A stretch of DNA of 64,000 nt from Clostridia bacterium (lineage in GTDB: Bacteria; Bacillota; Clostridia; Monoglobales; Monoglobaceae). Position 1 is the first letter of the stretch; every line of letters starts with the position of its first letter. The position numbers and the translations under genes were made by a program. Positions 46,803-56,208 of this stretch are shown here, piece after piece. The stretch is from NCBI GenBank assembly GCA_045645805.1, contig JAZRJL010000013.1, positions 4,582 through 68,581 of the forward strand, read 5' to 3'. Below the pieces are notes generated by a model. That model saw nothing but the letters and a program-made list of their open reading frames with translations, ran no database searches and had not been told where the DNA came from.

Positions 46803-47726
46803 CTATTTTATAGTTTTAATGTCGTAAGGTGTTGTTTGGTAAACAAAGTAGTTCAGCCAGTTTGAAAACAGCAGATTTGCGTGCGAACGCCATTTTACAA
46901 CAGGCGTTTTTTGGGGATTGTCATCAGGGAAATAGTTTATCGGTACTTTGATGTCAAGACCCTTATCTACATCACGGAAATATTCCTTGGCAAGGGTGTC
47001 AAAGTCGTATTCTGAATGACCTGTTATAAAAAATCTGCGTTCATTTTTGTCGGTTATTATATAAACTCCTGCGTCGTCAGATTCAGCCAATATTTCAAGA
47101 GAGGGAATCTTTTCTATATCCGATTTATTAATGCCTGTATGACGTGAATGTGGAGCATAAAATTCGTCATCAAAGCCGCGGAGCAGAATTTTGTGTTTCT
47201 TTTCAGCAGGGATATGGTGCTTAAAAACACCAAATACCTTTTCGGACATAGCCACTTTCGGCACGCCATAATGATAGTAAAGTGCTGCCTGTGCGCCCCA
47301 GCAGATGTGAAAGGTAGAGGTTACGTTTTGCTTTGACCATTCCATAATTTCACAAAGCTCAGCCCAATAGTCAACATCTTCAAATTCCATTTTTTCCACA
47401 GGAGCACCGGTAATGATAAGTCCGTCAAATTTACTGTCCTTTATATCATCAAAGGTTTTGTAAAATGTTTCGATATGGCTCTTTGAAGTGTTTTTTGAAA
47501 CGTGTGTTTTTGTATGCACAAACTGAACGTTTATCTGAAGCGGAGTGTTGCCGAGAACACGAAGAAGCTGTGTTTCGGTTTCAACCTTTGTTGGCATCAG
47601 ATTAAGCACGGCAATTTCAAGAGGACGGATATCCTGAGTCATTGCACGTGTTTCGGTAATTACAAAGATGTTTTCATTGTTAAGAATTTCAATTGCCGGC
47701 AAAGAATCTGAAACTTTAATAGGCAT
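46803..47726 (-). CDS. metA: Homoserine O-acyltransferase (MetA family)
   Basis: MPIKV...[15 protein letters not shown] and the conserved [10 protein letters not shown] Cys region are present. Confidence 0.92.
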   Translation of the reverse strand: MPIKVSDSLPAIEILNNENIFVITETRAMTQDIRPLEIAVLNLMPTKVETETQLLRVLGNTPLQINVQFVHTKTHVSKNTSKSHIETFYKTFDDIKDSKFDGLIITGAPVEKMEFEDVDYWAELCEIMEWSKQNVTSTFHICWGAQAALYYHYGVPKVAMSEKVFGVFKHHIPAEKKHKILLRGFDDEFYAPHSRHTGINKSDIEKIPSLEILAESDDAGVYIITDKNERRFFITGHSEYDFDTLAKEYFRDVDKGLDIKVPINYFPDDNPQKTPVVKWRSHANLLFSNWLNYFVYQTTPYDIKTIK

Positions 47727-47840
47727 ATTTAAGTACCTCCGTTAAAAGCTTAGCCTGGCAGTAGCTATCCGAACCTGCCTAAAAAGGCGTAATTTTGGTA
47801 TATTTTAGCTTGTCGTCTTTGTCAGGCTTAATATTAATAA

Positions 47841-47869
47841 AGTATAGCATATAATTAAAAAAACTTCAA
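47841..47869 (-). promoter_or_regulatory. Candidate sigma-A promoter of metA
   Basis: On the minus strand: TTGAAG (47869-47864), 17 nt, TATACT (47846-47841). Confidence 0.5.
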
Positions 47870-48011
47870 GTTTTTTTGCATAATGATTGATTTTTTTGTT
47901 TTTATATGCTAAAATAGCAAAGTATGTGTAAAAGCCACCGAAAAACTGGCTTTTAAACTGCGATTTATACAATACCCGTATGTATACGGGCAGAAAGGTA
48001 ATGGAAAATAT

Positions 48012-49919
48012 ATGGAAAACAACAAAAATTTCAAGCCGTACATTCCGGCTGACAAGGTAACGCCTGAGATTACGGTTACCTCAATTATTATGGGTATTAT
48101 TCTTGCGGTGGTATTCGGTGCGGCAAATGCATACTTAGGTCTCAGAGTTGGTATGACGGTTTCAGCATCAATCCCTGCTGCAGTTATATCTATGGGTGTT
48201 ATCAGAGTTTTGATGAAGAAAAATTCGATTCTTGAAAGCAATGTTGTCCAGACAATCGGTTCAGCCGGTGAGTCATTGGCAGCAGGTGCAATTTTTACAC
48301 TTCCTGCTTTGTTCTTGTGGGCAAGAGAAGGCGTAATGGACAAGCCTGGTATTGTTGAGATTACTCTTATTGCACTTTTGGGCGGCCTTTTGGGTGTGTT
48401 CTTTATGGTTCCTCTCCGCAATGCATTGATTGTTAAGGAACATGGAATTCTTCCTTATCCCGAAGGATCTGCCTGTGCAGAGGTTCTTCTTGCAGGTGAG
48501 GAAGGCGGTGCAAATGCCTCTACTGTATTTGCAGGTATGGGTTTTGCAGCTATATTCAAGTTTATAATTGACGGACTTAAGGCAGTTCCCGGCGAAGTTG
48601 CTCTTAAGGTTAAAGGTTATGCCGGTGAAATCGGAACACAGATTTACCCTGCCGTAATGAGTGTTGGTTATATCTGCGGTCCAAGAATCTCGTCATATAT
48701 GTTTGCCGGCGGTGTTCTCAGCTGGATGGTAATTATCCCCTTGATTGTTCTTTTTGGCAAAGAACTTGTTCTCTATCCCGGAACAGAGGCAATCGGTGAT
48801 ATGTATGCACAAGGCGGTGCAAGTGCTATCTGGGGTTCATACATCAGATACATCGGAGCAGGTGCTTTGGCGGCAGGCGGTATTATCAGTCTTATCAAGT
48901 CACTCCCTCTCATTGTACGTACCTTTGGTGCAGCTGTTCGCGGAATTTCAGATATCGGTGGTTCAGGCTCTCTTCGTACAGAAAAAGACCTTGATATGAA
49001 GGTTGTAATTGGTGCAATAATTGTTCTTACCCTTCTTGTATGGCTTGTTCCTGCAGTGCCCGTTTCCCCTGTTGGTGCAGTTGTTGTAGTTGTGTTCGGT
49101 TTTTTCTTTGCAACAGTGTCGTCAAGAATGGTTGGTCTCGTAGGAAGCAGCAACAACCCTGTTTCAGGTATGGCGATTGCAACATTACTTATTGCAACAC
49201 TTATCTTAAAGCTTACAGGTGACGGCGGTGCCCATGGTATGAAGGGGGCAATTGCTATTGGGTCAATTATTTGTATAGTAGCAGCTATTGCAGGTGATAC
49301 TTCACAGGATCTTAAAACAGGATTTCTGCTTGGTGCAACCCCAAAAAAACAGCAGATTGCTGAGCTTGTAGGTGTTGTTGCGGCTGCCTTTGCAATCGGC
49401 GGAACACTCTATCTCCTTGATGCGGCTTGGGGCTTTGGTTCAGACCAGCTTGCAGCTCCTCAGGCAACACTTATGAAGATGATAATTGAGGGTGTTATGG
49501 AAGCAAATCTCCCTTGGGGACTTGTTCTTACCGGTGTATTTATTGCAATTGTTATTGAAATTGTAGGTATCCCTGTACTACCTTTTGCAATTGGTGTATA
49601 TCTTCCGGTACATCTCAACGCCTGCATAATGGTTGGCGGTATCGTTCGCTTCTTTGTTGAAAAGGTTAAAGAAGACAAGGAGAAAAAGGTAAACAACGGT
49701 ATACTCTTCTGCTCAGGTATGATTGCCGGCGAGGGTATTGTGGGTATTGTTCTTGCAATTCTTGCTGTGTTTGGCATTGACAAGGTATTTGATATTTCAG
49801 GTATTCTTAATCTTTCGCCTGCAGTTTCAAGTGTTGGCAGTGTAGTATTGTTTGCACTTATTATACTCAGTGTTCTTAAATTTTCTGTCTGGAAAAAGAA
49901 CAAAACTTTGGGCAAGTAG
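48012..49919 (+). CDS. OPT-family oligopeptide transporter
   Basis: 635 aa with about 16 TM helices. The N-terminus is PEITVTSIIMGIILAVVFGAANAYLGLRVGMTVSASIPAAV. Confidence 0.88.
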   Translation: MENNKNFKPYIPADKVTPEITVTSIIMGIILAVVFGAANAYLGLRVGMTVSASIPAAVISMGVIRVLMKKNSILESNVVQTIGSAGESLAAGAIFTLPALFLWAREGVMDKPGIVEITLIALLGGLLGVFFMVPLRNALIVKEHGILPYPEGSACAEVLLAGEEGGANASTVFAGMGFAAIFKFIIDGLKAVPGEVALKVKGYAGEIGTQIYPAVMSVGYICGPRISSYMFAGGVLSWMVIIPLIVLFGKELVLYPGTEAIGDMYAQGGASAIWGSYIRYIGAGALAAGGIISLIKSLPLIVRTFGAAVRGISDIGGSGSLRTEKDLDMKVVIGAIIVLTLLVWLVPAVPVSPVGAVVVVVFGFFFATVSSRMVGLVGSSNNPVSGMAIATLLIATLILKLTGDGGAHGMKGAIAIGSIICIVAAIAGDTSQDLKTGFLLGATPKKQQIAELVGVVAAAFAIGGTLYLLDAAWGFGSDQLAAPQATLMKMIIEGVMEANLPWGLVLTGVFIAIVIEIVGIPVLPFAIGVYLPVHLNACIMVGGIVRFFVEKVKEDKEKKVNNGILFCSGMIAGEGIVGIVLAILAVFGIDKVFDISGILNLSPAVSSVGSVVLFALIILSVLKFSVWKKNKTLGK

Positions 49920-49921
49920 TT

Positions 49922-50269
49922 ATGAAGAAGAAAGAAATAATTTCTGAAAATTTTCTCGAACGCGTGCCCATTCCCAACAGCTTTTTGAACTGGCAAACTG
50001 CCGATGATGGCAAGGTTGAACTTCTTGTGGAAAATACAGGCTTGTTTAATCGTCTTGCTCAAAAGCTTTTTGGAAAACCCAAGATAACCCACGTTCATCT
50101 GGATACCGTTGGCAGCTTTGTGTGGCCGCTTCTGGACGGTGAAAGAAATATAATTGAAATTGGCGAATTGATGAAAGAACATTTTGGAGAAAAGGCAGAG
50201 CCACTTTATGAGCGGCTTGTTGAATTTTTCCGAATTCTGGAAAGCTATCATTTTGTTGAATGGAAGTAA
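49922..50269 (+). CDS. PqqD-family (RRE-like) small protein
   Basis: The region LDTVGSFVWPLLDGERNIIEIGELMKEHF...LVEFFRILESYHFVEW matches the PqqD fold pattern. Its start is 2 nt after the OPT stop. Confidence 0.7.
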   Translation: MKKKEIISENFLERVPIPNSFLNWQTADDGKVELLVENTGLFNRLAQKLFGKPKITHVHLDTVGSFVWPLLDGERNIIEIGELMKEHFGEKAEPLYERLVEFFRILESYHFVEWK

Positions 50270-50273
50270 AATG

Positions 50274-50308
50274 TGACGACCCCAGATATCGGGGTCGTCA
50301 TATTTTTT
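50274..50308 (+). terminator. Rho-independent terminator
   Basis: TGACGACCCC-7 nt-GGGGTCGTCA followed by TATTTTTT. Confidence 0.85.
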
Positions 50309-50330
50309 GGTTCAGTGGCATAATTTTTTA

Positions 50331-50378
50331 TTGACAATAATGCCTTAAAGGTATATAATATTACAGTTAAAGGTATAT
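50331..50378 (+). promoter_or_regulatory. Consensus sigma-A promoter of cysK with overlapping 12-nt direct repeat
   Basis: TTGACA (50331-50336), 17 nt, TATAAT (50354-50359). TTAAAGGTATAT occurs at 50345-50356 and again at 50367-50378. Confidence 0.65.
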
Positions 50379-50408
50379 TGGCAGTATTATTTTTAAAGGA
50401 AGATTAAA

Positions 50409-51335
50409 ATGATTTGCAACAACATTCTTGAAGCAATGGGAAATACCCCCATTATAAGACTTTTACATATTGCTCCCGATGACGGGGCGGAAATTCTTGT
50501 TAAGTTTGAGGGTCTTAATGTGGGCGGTTCAATCAAAACCCGTACAGCTTACAATATGATATGCGATGCTGAAAGACGTGGTGTGATAAACAAGGATACC
50601 GTCATTGTTGAACCGACAAGCGGCAATCAAGGCATTGGTCTTGCCCTTGTTGGTGCGGTAAAAGGCTACAAAACAAAAATCATTATGCCGGATTCAGTAA
50701 GTGAAGAACGCAGACTGCTTGTTGAGCATTATGGTGCTGAGGTTATCCTGATTCATGATGCGGGTAATATTGGCGAATGTATTCATCAGTGTCTTGAAAC
50801 AGCACTTAAGATGCAGCGTGAAGACAAAAATGTTTTTGTGCCGCAGCAGTTTGAAAACCCTGCAAATGTCGAGGTTCAGAGAAACGTTACCGGTGAGGAA
50901 ATCCTAAAGCAGGTATCAAAACCTATCCATGGCTTTTGTTCGGGGATTGGCACAGGTGGTACAATTACCGGCATTGGCGAAACGTTAAAGCGTGAAAACC
51001 CCGATATGACAATCTGGGCGGTTGAGCCTGAACACGCAGCTATACTTTCCGGCGGTTCAATCGGTACTCATCTTCAAATGGGTATAGGTGATGGTGTAAT
51101 TCCTAAAATTCTTAATCAGAATATCTACGATGATATTTGTGTTATTAAGGACGAGGAAGCTATAAACACAGCAAAAGCACTTGCCTCAAAAGAGGGGATT
51201 ATGTGCGGTATTTCAAGCGGAACCAACGTTGCGGCGGCAATTAAGCTTGCAAAGGTGCTTGGTAAGGGAAAGACGGTTGTTACTGTGCTCCCCGATACAG
51301 CGGAAAGATATTTTTCAACACCGCTTTTTGGTTAA
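50409..51335 (+). CDS. cysK: Cysteine synthase A / O-acetylserine sulfhydrylase family (PLP)
   Basis: GNTPIIRL, GGSIKTR (PLP Lys), TSGNQG and GIGTGGTITG are present. Confidence 0.9.
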   Translation: MICNNILEAMGNTPIIRLLHIAPDDGAEILVKFEGLNVGGSIKTRTAYNMICDAERRGVINKDTVIVEPTSGNQGIGLALVGAVKGYKTKIIMPDSVSEERRLLVEHYGAEVILIHDAGNIGECIHQCLETALKMQREDKNVFVPQQFENPANVEVQRNVTGEEILKQVSKPIHGFCSGIGTGGTITGIGETLKRENPDMTIWAVEPEHAAILSGGSIGTHLQMGIGDGVIPKILNQNIYDDICVIKDEEAINTAKALASKEGIMCGISSGTNVAAAIKLAKVLGKGKTVVTVLPDTAERYFSTPLFG

Positions 51336-51431
51336 ATATAAGTTTAAAGCATAAATTTTCTTTTTTTCAACATATTAAAATAAGAAGTTTTATGTACTAT
51401 ACAAAATCTATTATGTAAGAAGGGATTAATT

Positions 51432-52631
51432 GTGAACAACAACGAAAGAAGAGTAGGAACAATATCAAGAGGTATAAGATGCCCCATTATCCGTGAGGGG
51501 GATAACCTTGCAAAGATAGTTGCAGACAGCGTGATTGATGCAGCAAAGTGTGAAGGCTTTGAACTTCGTGACAGAGATGTTATTTCAGTTACCGAGTCAA
51601 TTGTTGCACGTGCACAGGGAAACTATGCATCGGTTGATGATATTGCTGCCGATGTTAAAGCAAAGGTTGGAAGCGATACAATTGGCGTTATATTTCCCAT
51701 TCTTTCCCGAAACCGTTTTGCAATTTGTTTAAGAGGTATTGCAAAGGCGGCAAAAAAAATAGTTCTTATGCTCAGCTATCCATCGGATGAGGTTGGTAAT
51801 GAGCTTGTAAACCTTGACAGAATTGACGAAGCAGGTGTAAATCCTTATTCTGATGTACTTTCTCTTGAAAAGTACCGTGAATTGTTTGGTTATACCAAGC
51901 ACGAATTTACAAATATTGATTATGTTGAATATTATGGTGATTTGGTTCGTGAATGCGGCGCAGAGGTTGAAATTGTTTTTGCAAATCAGGCAAAGGCAAT
52001 TCTTGACTATGCAGACCATATCATAAACTGTGACATCCACACCCGTGTACGCACCAAGCGTATCTTAAAGGCAAACGGTGCAAAGGTTGTTTGTGGTCTT
52101 GATGATATTTTGACCGAATCGGTAAACGGTAGCGGTTGCAATGAAAAGTACGGTCTTCTTGGATCCAACAAGGCAACAGAAGATAAAATAAAGCTTTTCC
52201 CAAGAGAATGTTCTCAGCTTGTTCTTGATATTCAAAAGCTTGTTCTTGAAGAAACAGGCAAGCACGTTGAGGTTATGGTATACGGTGACGGTGCATTTAA
52301 AGATCCTAAGGGCAAAATTTGGGAGCTTGCTGACCCTGTTGTATCACCGGCTTTCACAGACGGACTTGTGGGAACTCCCAACGAACTTAAGCTCAAGTAC
52401 CTTGCAGACAATGATTACAAGGATTTGTCGGGCGAAGCTCTTAAAGAAGCGATTTCTGCCAGCATAAAGGCAAAGAACGATAACCTTCTTGGTGATATGG
52501 CATCTCAGGGAACAACTCCCCGTCAGCTTACCGACCTTATCGGTTCGCTTTGTGACCTTACAAGTGGCTCGGGCGACAAGGGTACACCGGTTGTTCTGGT
52601 TCAGGGCTACTTTGACAACTATACTAATTAG
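51432..52631 (+). CDS. CofE-like (F420-0:gamma-glutamyl ligase family) protein, long form
   Basis: The N-terminal half ([12 protein letters not shown]...[16 protein letters not shown]) resembles CofE/FbiB ligase domains. It is 399 aa, longer than typical CofE. GTG start. Confidence 0.6.
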   Translation: MNNNERRVGTISRGIRCPIIREGDNLAKIVADSVIDAAKCEGFELRDRDVISVTESIVARAQGNYASVDDIAADVKAKVGSDTIGVIFPILSRNRFAICLRGIAKAAKKIVLMLSYPSDEVGNELVNLDRIDEAGVNPYSDVLSLEKYRELFGYTKHEFTNIDYVEYYGDLVRECGAEVEIVFANQAKAILDYADHIINCDIHTRVRTKRILKANGAKVVCGLDDILTESVNGSGCNEKYGLLGSNKATEDKIKLFPRECSQLVLDIQKLVLEETGKHVEVMVYGDGAFKDPKGKIWELADPVVSPAFTDGLVGTPNELKLKYLADNDYKDLSGEALKEAISASIKAKNDNLLGDMASQGTTPRQLTDLIGSLCDLTSGSGDKGTPVVLVQGYFDNYTN

Positions 52632-52661
52632 TAAAAACTATTTTGCACGGAGGTAAGATAA

Positions 52662-53639
52662 ATGAACAATATGCGTCCCGATTCAATGGAAAGAATTACA
52701 ACAAAAGCACTTGCAGATGCTTTTATAGATGAACAGGTTGCCGAAATCCGCAATCAGGTTGGCGATCAGAAGGTTTTGCTTGCATTGTCCGGTGGTGTTG
52801 ACAGCTCGGTTGTTGCAGCGCTTCTGATTAAGGCAATCGGCAAACAGCTTGTTTGTGTTCACGTAAATCACGGTCTTATGCGTAAGGGCGAAAGCGAGCA
52901 GGTTATTGAGGTTTTTAAAAACGGACTTGATGCAAACCTTATATACATTGATGCAACCGACAGATTTTTGGACCTTTTAAAGGATGTTGCAGAGCCTGAA
53001 AAGAAGAGAAAGATTATTGGCGGCGAATTTATCAAGGTATTTGATGAAGAAGCGGCAAAGCTTGAGGGTATAAAATTCCTTGCACAGGGTACAATTTATC
53101 CCGATATTCTTGAAAGCGACGGAGTTAAAGCTCATCACAATGTTGGCGGACTTCCTGAGGATATGGAAATGGAGCTTGTTGAGCCTGTAAGACTTCTCTA
53201 CAAGGACGAGGTTCGTGTCGTGGGCAAGGCTTTGGGACTTCCTGAATCAATGGTTGACCGTCAGCCATTCCCCGGCCCTGGTCTTGGCGTAAGATGCCTT
53301 GGTGCAATTACCCGTGACAGACTTGATGCTCTTCGCGAAGCAGATGCAATTCTGCGTGAAGAATTTGATAATTGCGGTCTTGCAAAAACTGTTTGGCAGT
53401 ACTTTATTGCAGTCCCCGACTTTAAAAGTGTCGGTGTAAGAAATGACAAGAGATATGAGGGCTGGCCGGCAATAATCCGTGCGGTAAATACTACCGACGC
53501 AATGACTGCTACAATTGAAGAAATTCCATATGAGGTACTACACAAAATTACAAACCGTATAACTGCCGAGGTTGAGGGTATCAACCGTGTGCTTTTGGAC
53601 CTTACACCAAAGCCTGTCGGCACAATTGAATGGGAGTAG
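52662..53639 (+). CDS. guaA: GMP synthase ATP-pyrophosphatase subunit (GuaA C-terminal half only, no GATase domain)
   Basis: It has the PP-loop LALSGGVDSSV and a GMP-synthase C-terminal domain ending PVGTIEWE. It has its own RBS (GGAGG) and ATG. There is no glutaminase domain here or immediately upstream. Confidence 0.85.
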   Translation: MNNMRPDSMERITTKALADAFIDEQVAEIRNQVGDQKVLLALSGGVDSSVVAALLIKAIGKQLVCVHVNHGLMRKGESEQVIEVFKNGLDANLIYIDATDRFLDLLKDVAEPEKKRKIIGGEFIKVFDEEAAKLEGIKFLAQGTIYPDILESDGVKAHHNVGGLPEDMEMELVEPVRLLYKDEVRVVGKALGLPESMVDRQPFPGPGLGVRCLGAITRDRLDALREADAILREEFDNCGLAKTVWQYFIAVPDFKSVGVRNDKRYEGWPAIIRAVNTTDAMTATIEEIPYEVLHKITNRITAEVEGINRVLLDLTPKPVGTIEWE

Positions 53640-53664
53640 AATTTGAGGTTTTGTAAATTTTAAT

Positions 53665-53710
53665 AAAATGCCGTAAACCCTTGTAAAATAAGGTTTTACG
53701 GCATTTTTGA
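53665..53710 (+). terminator. Rho-independent terminator after guaA-like gene
   Basis: AAAATGCCGTAAACC...GGTTTTACGGCATTTT (one bulge) followed by a T-run. Confidence 0.8.
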
Positions 53711-53763
53711 TTTTTGTAACTTTTTGCATTGTAGTCTAAATTTTAGCCACTTTTTACAACTTT

Positions 53764-53787
53764 TTGACTACAAAATTGACTACAAAA
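53764..53787 (+). repeat. Tandem 12-mer TTGACTACAAAA x2 (plus inverted copy TTGTAGTC at 53729-53736)
   Basis: The two 12-mers are exact and adjacent, at 53764-53775 and 53776-53787. They lie between the guaA terminator and the integrase 3' end, so they are possible recombinase arm sites. Confidence 0.5.
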
Positions 53788-53825
53788 ACTCCCTTGTCAT
53801 TTTCTGACAAAGGCGTTTCATAATT

Positions 53826-54663
53826 TTATAAAATTTTTAAATAATGGGGGCTGTTATTAAGCTGTGCGAACGAGTCGCCGACAATATTCATTGCGGCGGC
53901 TCTACGCTCTGCAAAACTATGGGCGTAATGCTTGCTTATAATTTCTATGGTATCGCCCGCAAGCGAAGCAACATTTACAACATCAAGACCATTTGAGATT
54001 AAAAGAGATACAAAGCTATGACGTAAAGAGTGAGCATGGAGTTTTTGCGGTAATTCTTTATGTTGGTTTAGTATCTTTTTTATTGCTTTGTTCGGGACAG
54101 CCTTTTCCATTAGCCCGCCCGCCAAGCTAGGACATATAACGCCGTTTTTGTTCCAAGACTTTCCATGTTGATTTGCTTGTTCGTCTAATATATTTTTATG
54201 TTCTAATAATATATCTTTCAGTAACGGCGAAAGCGGTAATTTACGCCTTGACCTCTTTGTTTTCAAATCGGTTAATGCTAATCCATTAAATGTATCGCCT
54301 ACATTTTTTTCAATGCTGACAACATTTGAATTAAAGTCAACATCTACCCAACGCAACGCCCGAGCTTCCCCACTTCTCAAACCAAGCATTAACATCAATA
54401 TCAACGAAACACGTATTGAATTATCAATATTGATTTCGTTTAATGCGTTTAAAAATATTGGTATAGTTGTATTATCAAGGTATGGGGGTATATCCATTTC
54501 GCCAATGCGGGGCTTTGTCGCATTGGCAACAGGATTAGTAAGTAAAACGCCATTTTTAACGCAAGCTGTGAAAAGGGCTGACAGCGTGTAAGTGATTTTT
54601 GAAACATAAGAAGCCGACAGCGGTTTTATATCTTCTTTTTGGTCAAAGGCGAGACTATCCCAA
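53826..54663 (-). pseudogene. Tyrosine recombinase/integrase, N-terminally truncated by IS256 insertion
   Basis: The catalytic domain has R (EARALRW), HSLRHSF and a terminal KHYAHS Tyr. The reading frame stays open upstream of the annotated Met up to the IS end at 54663. It has no start codon and the arm-binding domain is absent. Confidence 0.8.
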
Positions 54664-56157
54664 ATTTTGTGTAAAGTCTATACAAGACCTCCAAGATGAT
54701 ATATAATAAAAATATCATTTTGGAGGTTTTTAATATGCCTAAGTACAAATTAAGTCCCGAAGAACGGGCGGCAGAACAAGAAAGAAAAGAAAATTTGCGA
54801 AACATCATGAAAGGTCTTGATGTAAAAAGTTTTGATGACCTTAAAGATGTATTCAAGCTCATGGTCGGAGAAATGCTCGAAAACAGTCTTGAAGGTGAAC
54901 TTGACGATAAGCTCGGTTACACCAAGTATGACTACCGTAACAAAGAAGGCGAAAATAGTCGTAATGGGTATTCTAAAAAAACTTTAAAGACAAGCTTTGG
55001 AGAAACAGAAATCAAAGTACCCAGAGATCGCGATGGAGAATTTGAGCCGCAGCTTGTAAAGAAAAATCAAACTACGCTTACCGGAGACATTGAAGAAAAA
55101 ATACTCTCTATGTATGCTAAAGGAATGACAACAAGCGATATTGAAACACATATACAGGATATATACGGATTAGAATGCTCTGATTCAACCATAAGCAGAA
55201 TTATAGATAAAATTCTTCCTGTAGTCAGAGAATGGCAGTCAAGACCGCTTGAAGAAGTATATGCAGTAGTCTTTATGGATGCAATACACTTTCATGTACG
55301 AAGTGAAGGACAAATAGTTAAAAAAGCTGTCTACATAGCAATTGGTATCAATATGGACGGACTTAAAGAGGTTCTCGGTATGTGGGTAGGAGAAAACGAA
55401 AGTGCAAAGTTTTGGCTTTCTGTTATGAACGGCTTAAAGAATCGAGGATTGCAAGACATATTGATTGCTTGTGTTGATGGACTTACAGGCTTTCCTGCCG
55501 CCATTGAGGCAGTATATCCAAAGACAGAAATACAGCAGTGCATTATCCATCAAATACGCAATACAACAAGGTTTGTGTCATACAAGGATATTAAGGCACT
55601 TATGGCAGATTTAAAGAAAGTGTATGCAGCAATTGATGAACAGACTGCACTATCTGAACTTGAAAATTTTGATGAAAAATGGGGTAACAAATATCCTAAG
55701 ATAGCGATATCGTGGCGTGACAACTGGGCAAATTTATCGACATATTTCAAATATCCGCAAGAGGTCAGAACGCTGATTTACACCACAAATACTATTGAAG
55801 GCTTTAATCGTCAGCTTCGCAAAGTTACCAAAAACAAAGGTGTATTTCCAACGGACGACAGCCTGCTCAAGATGCTTTATCTTGCGATGATGGATATTAC
55901 CAAGAAATGGACAGGTAAACGCCGTGAATGGGGACAAATTCATTCACAGCTTGAGATTTTCTTTGCCGATAGATTAAGTTAATAGCATAAAATCCCAGGC
56001 AACTCAAGGGTAAAATTAACGCCCTCGAAACGAGGGCGCCCTTGACATGCCTGTGCTTTTATGCTATATATGGACTAAGGGATGAAATCCCGAAATTTGG
56101 ATTTCATCCCTCAAAAATCACTTAAATTATATTATCATTTTGGAGTTTACACAAAAT
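54664..56157 (+). mobile_element. IS256-family insertion sequence (~1.5 kb)
   Basis: The imperfect terminal inverted repeats are ATTTTGTGTAAAGTC at 54664 and GGAGTTTACACAAAAT ending at 56157, with 12 identical outer bases. Both ends also share CTCCAA.ATGATA.ATATAAT. A single transposase ORF lies inside. Confidence 0.85.
54735..55982 (+). CDS. IS256-family (Mutator-type) transposase
   Basis: ATG 54735 follows GGAGG. Motifs FMDAIHF, CVDGLTGFPAAIEAVYP and IQQCIIHQIRN are present. Confidence 0.93.
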   Translation: MPKYKLSPEERAAEQERKENLRNIMKGLDVKSFDDLKDVFKLMVGEMLENSLEGELDDKLGYTKYDYRNKEGENSRNGYSKKTLKTSFGETEIKVPRDRDGEFEPQLVKKNQTTLTGDIEEKILSMYAKGMTTSDIETHIQDIYGLECSDSTISRIIDKILPVVREWQSRPLEEVYAVVFMDAIHFHVRSEGQIVKKAVYIAIGINMDGLKEVLGMWVGENESAKFWLSVMNGLKNRGLQDILIACVDGLTGFPAAIEAVYPKTEIQQCIIHQIRNTTRFVSYKDIKALMADLKKVYAAIDEQTALSELENFDEKWGNKYPKIAISWRDNWANLSTYFKYPQEVRTLIYTTNTIEGFNRQLRKVTKNKGVFPTDDSLLKMLYLAMMDITKKWTGKRREWGQIHSQLEIFFADRLS

Positions 56158-56208
56158 CAGGGAAATACCCGTATTGAGAGAAGAGTCCTTGTTTATTTTT
56201 GAATGAAA

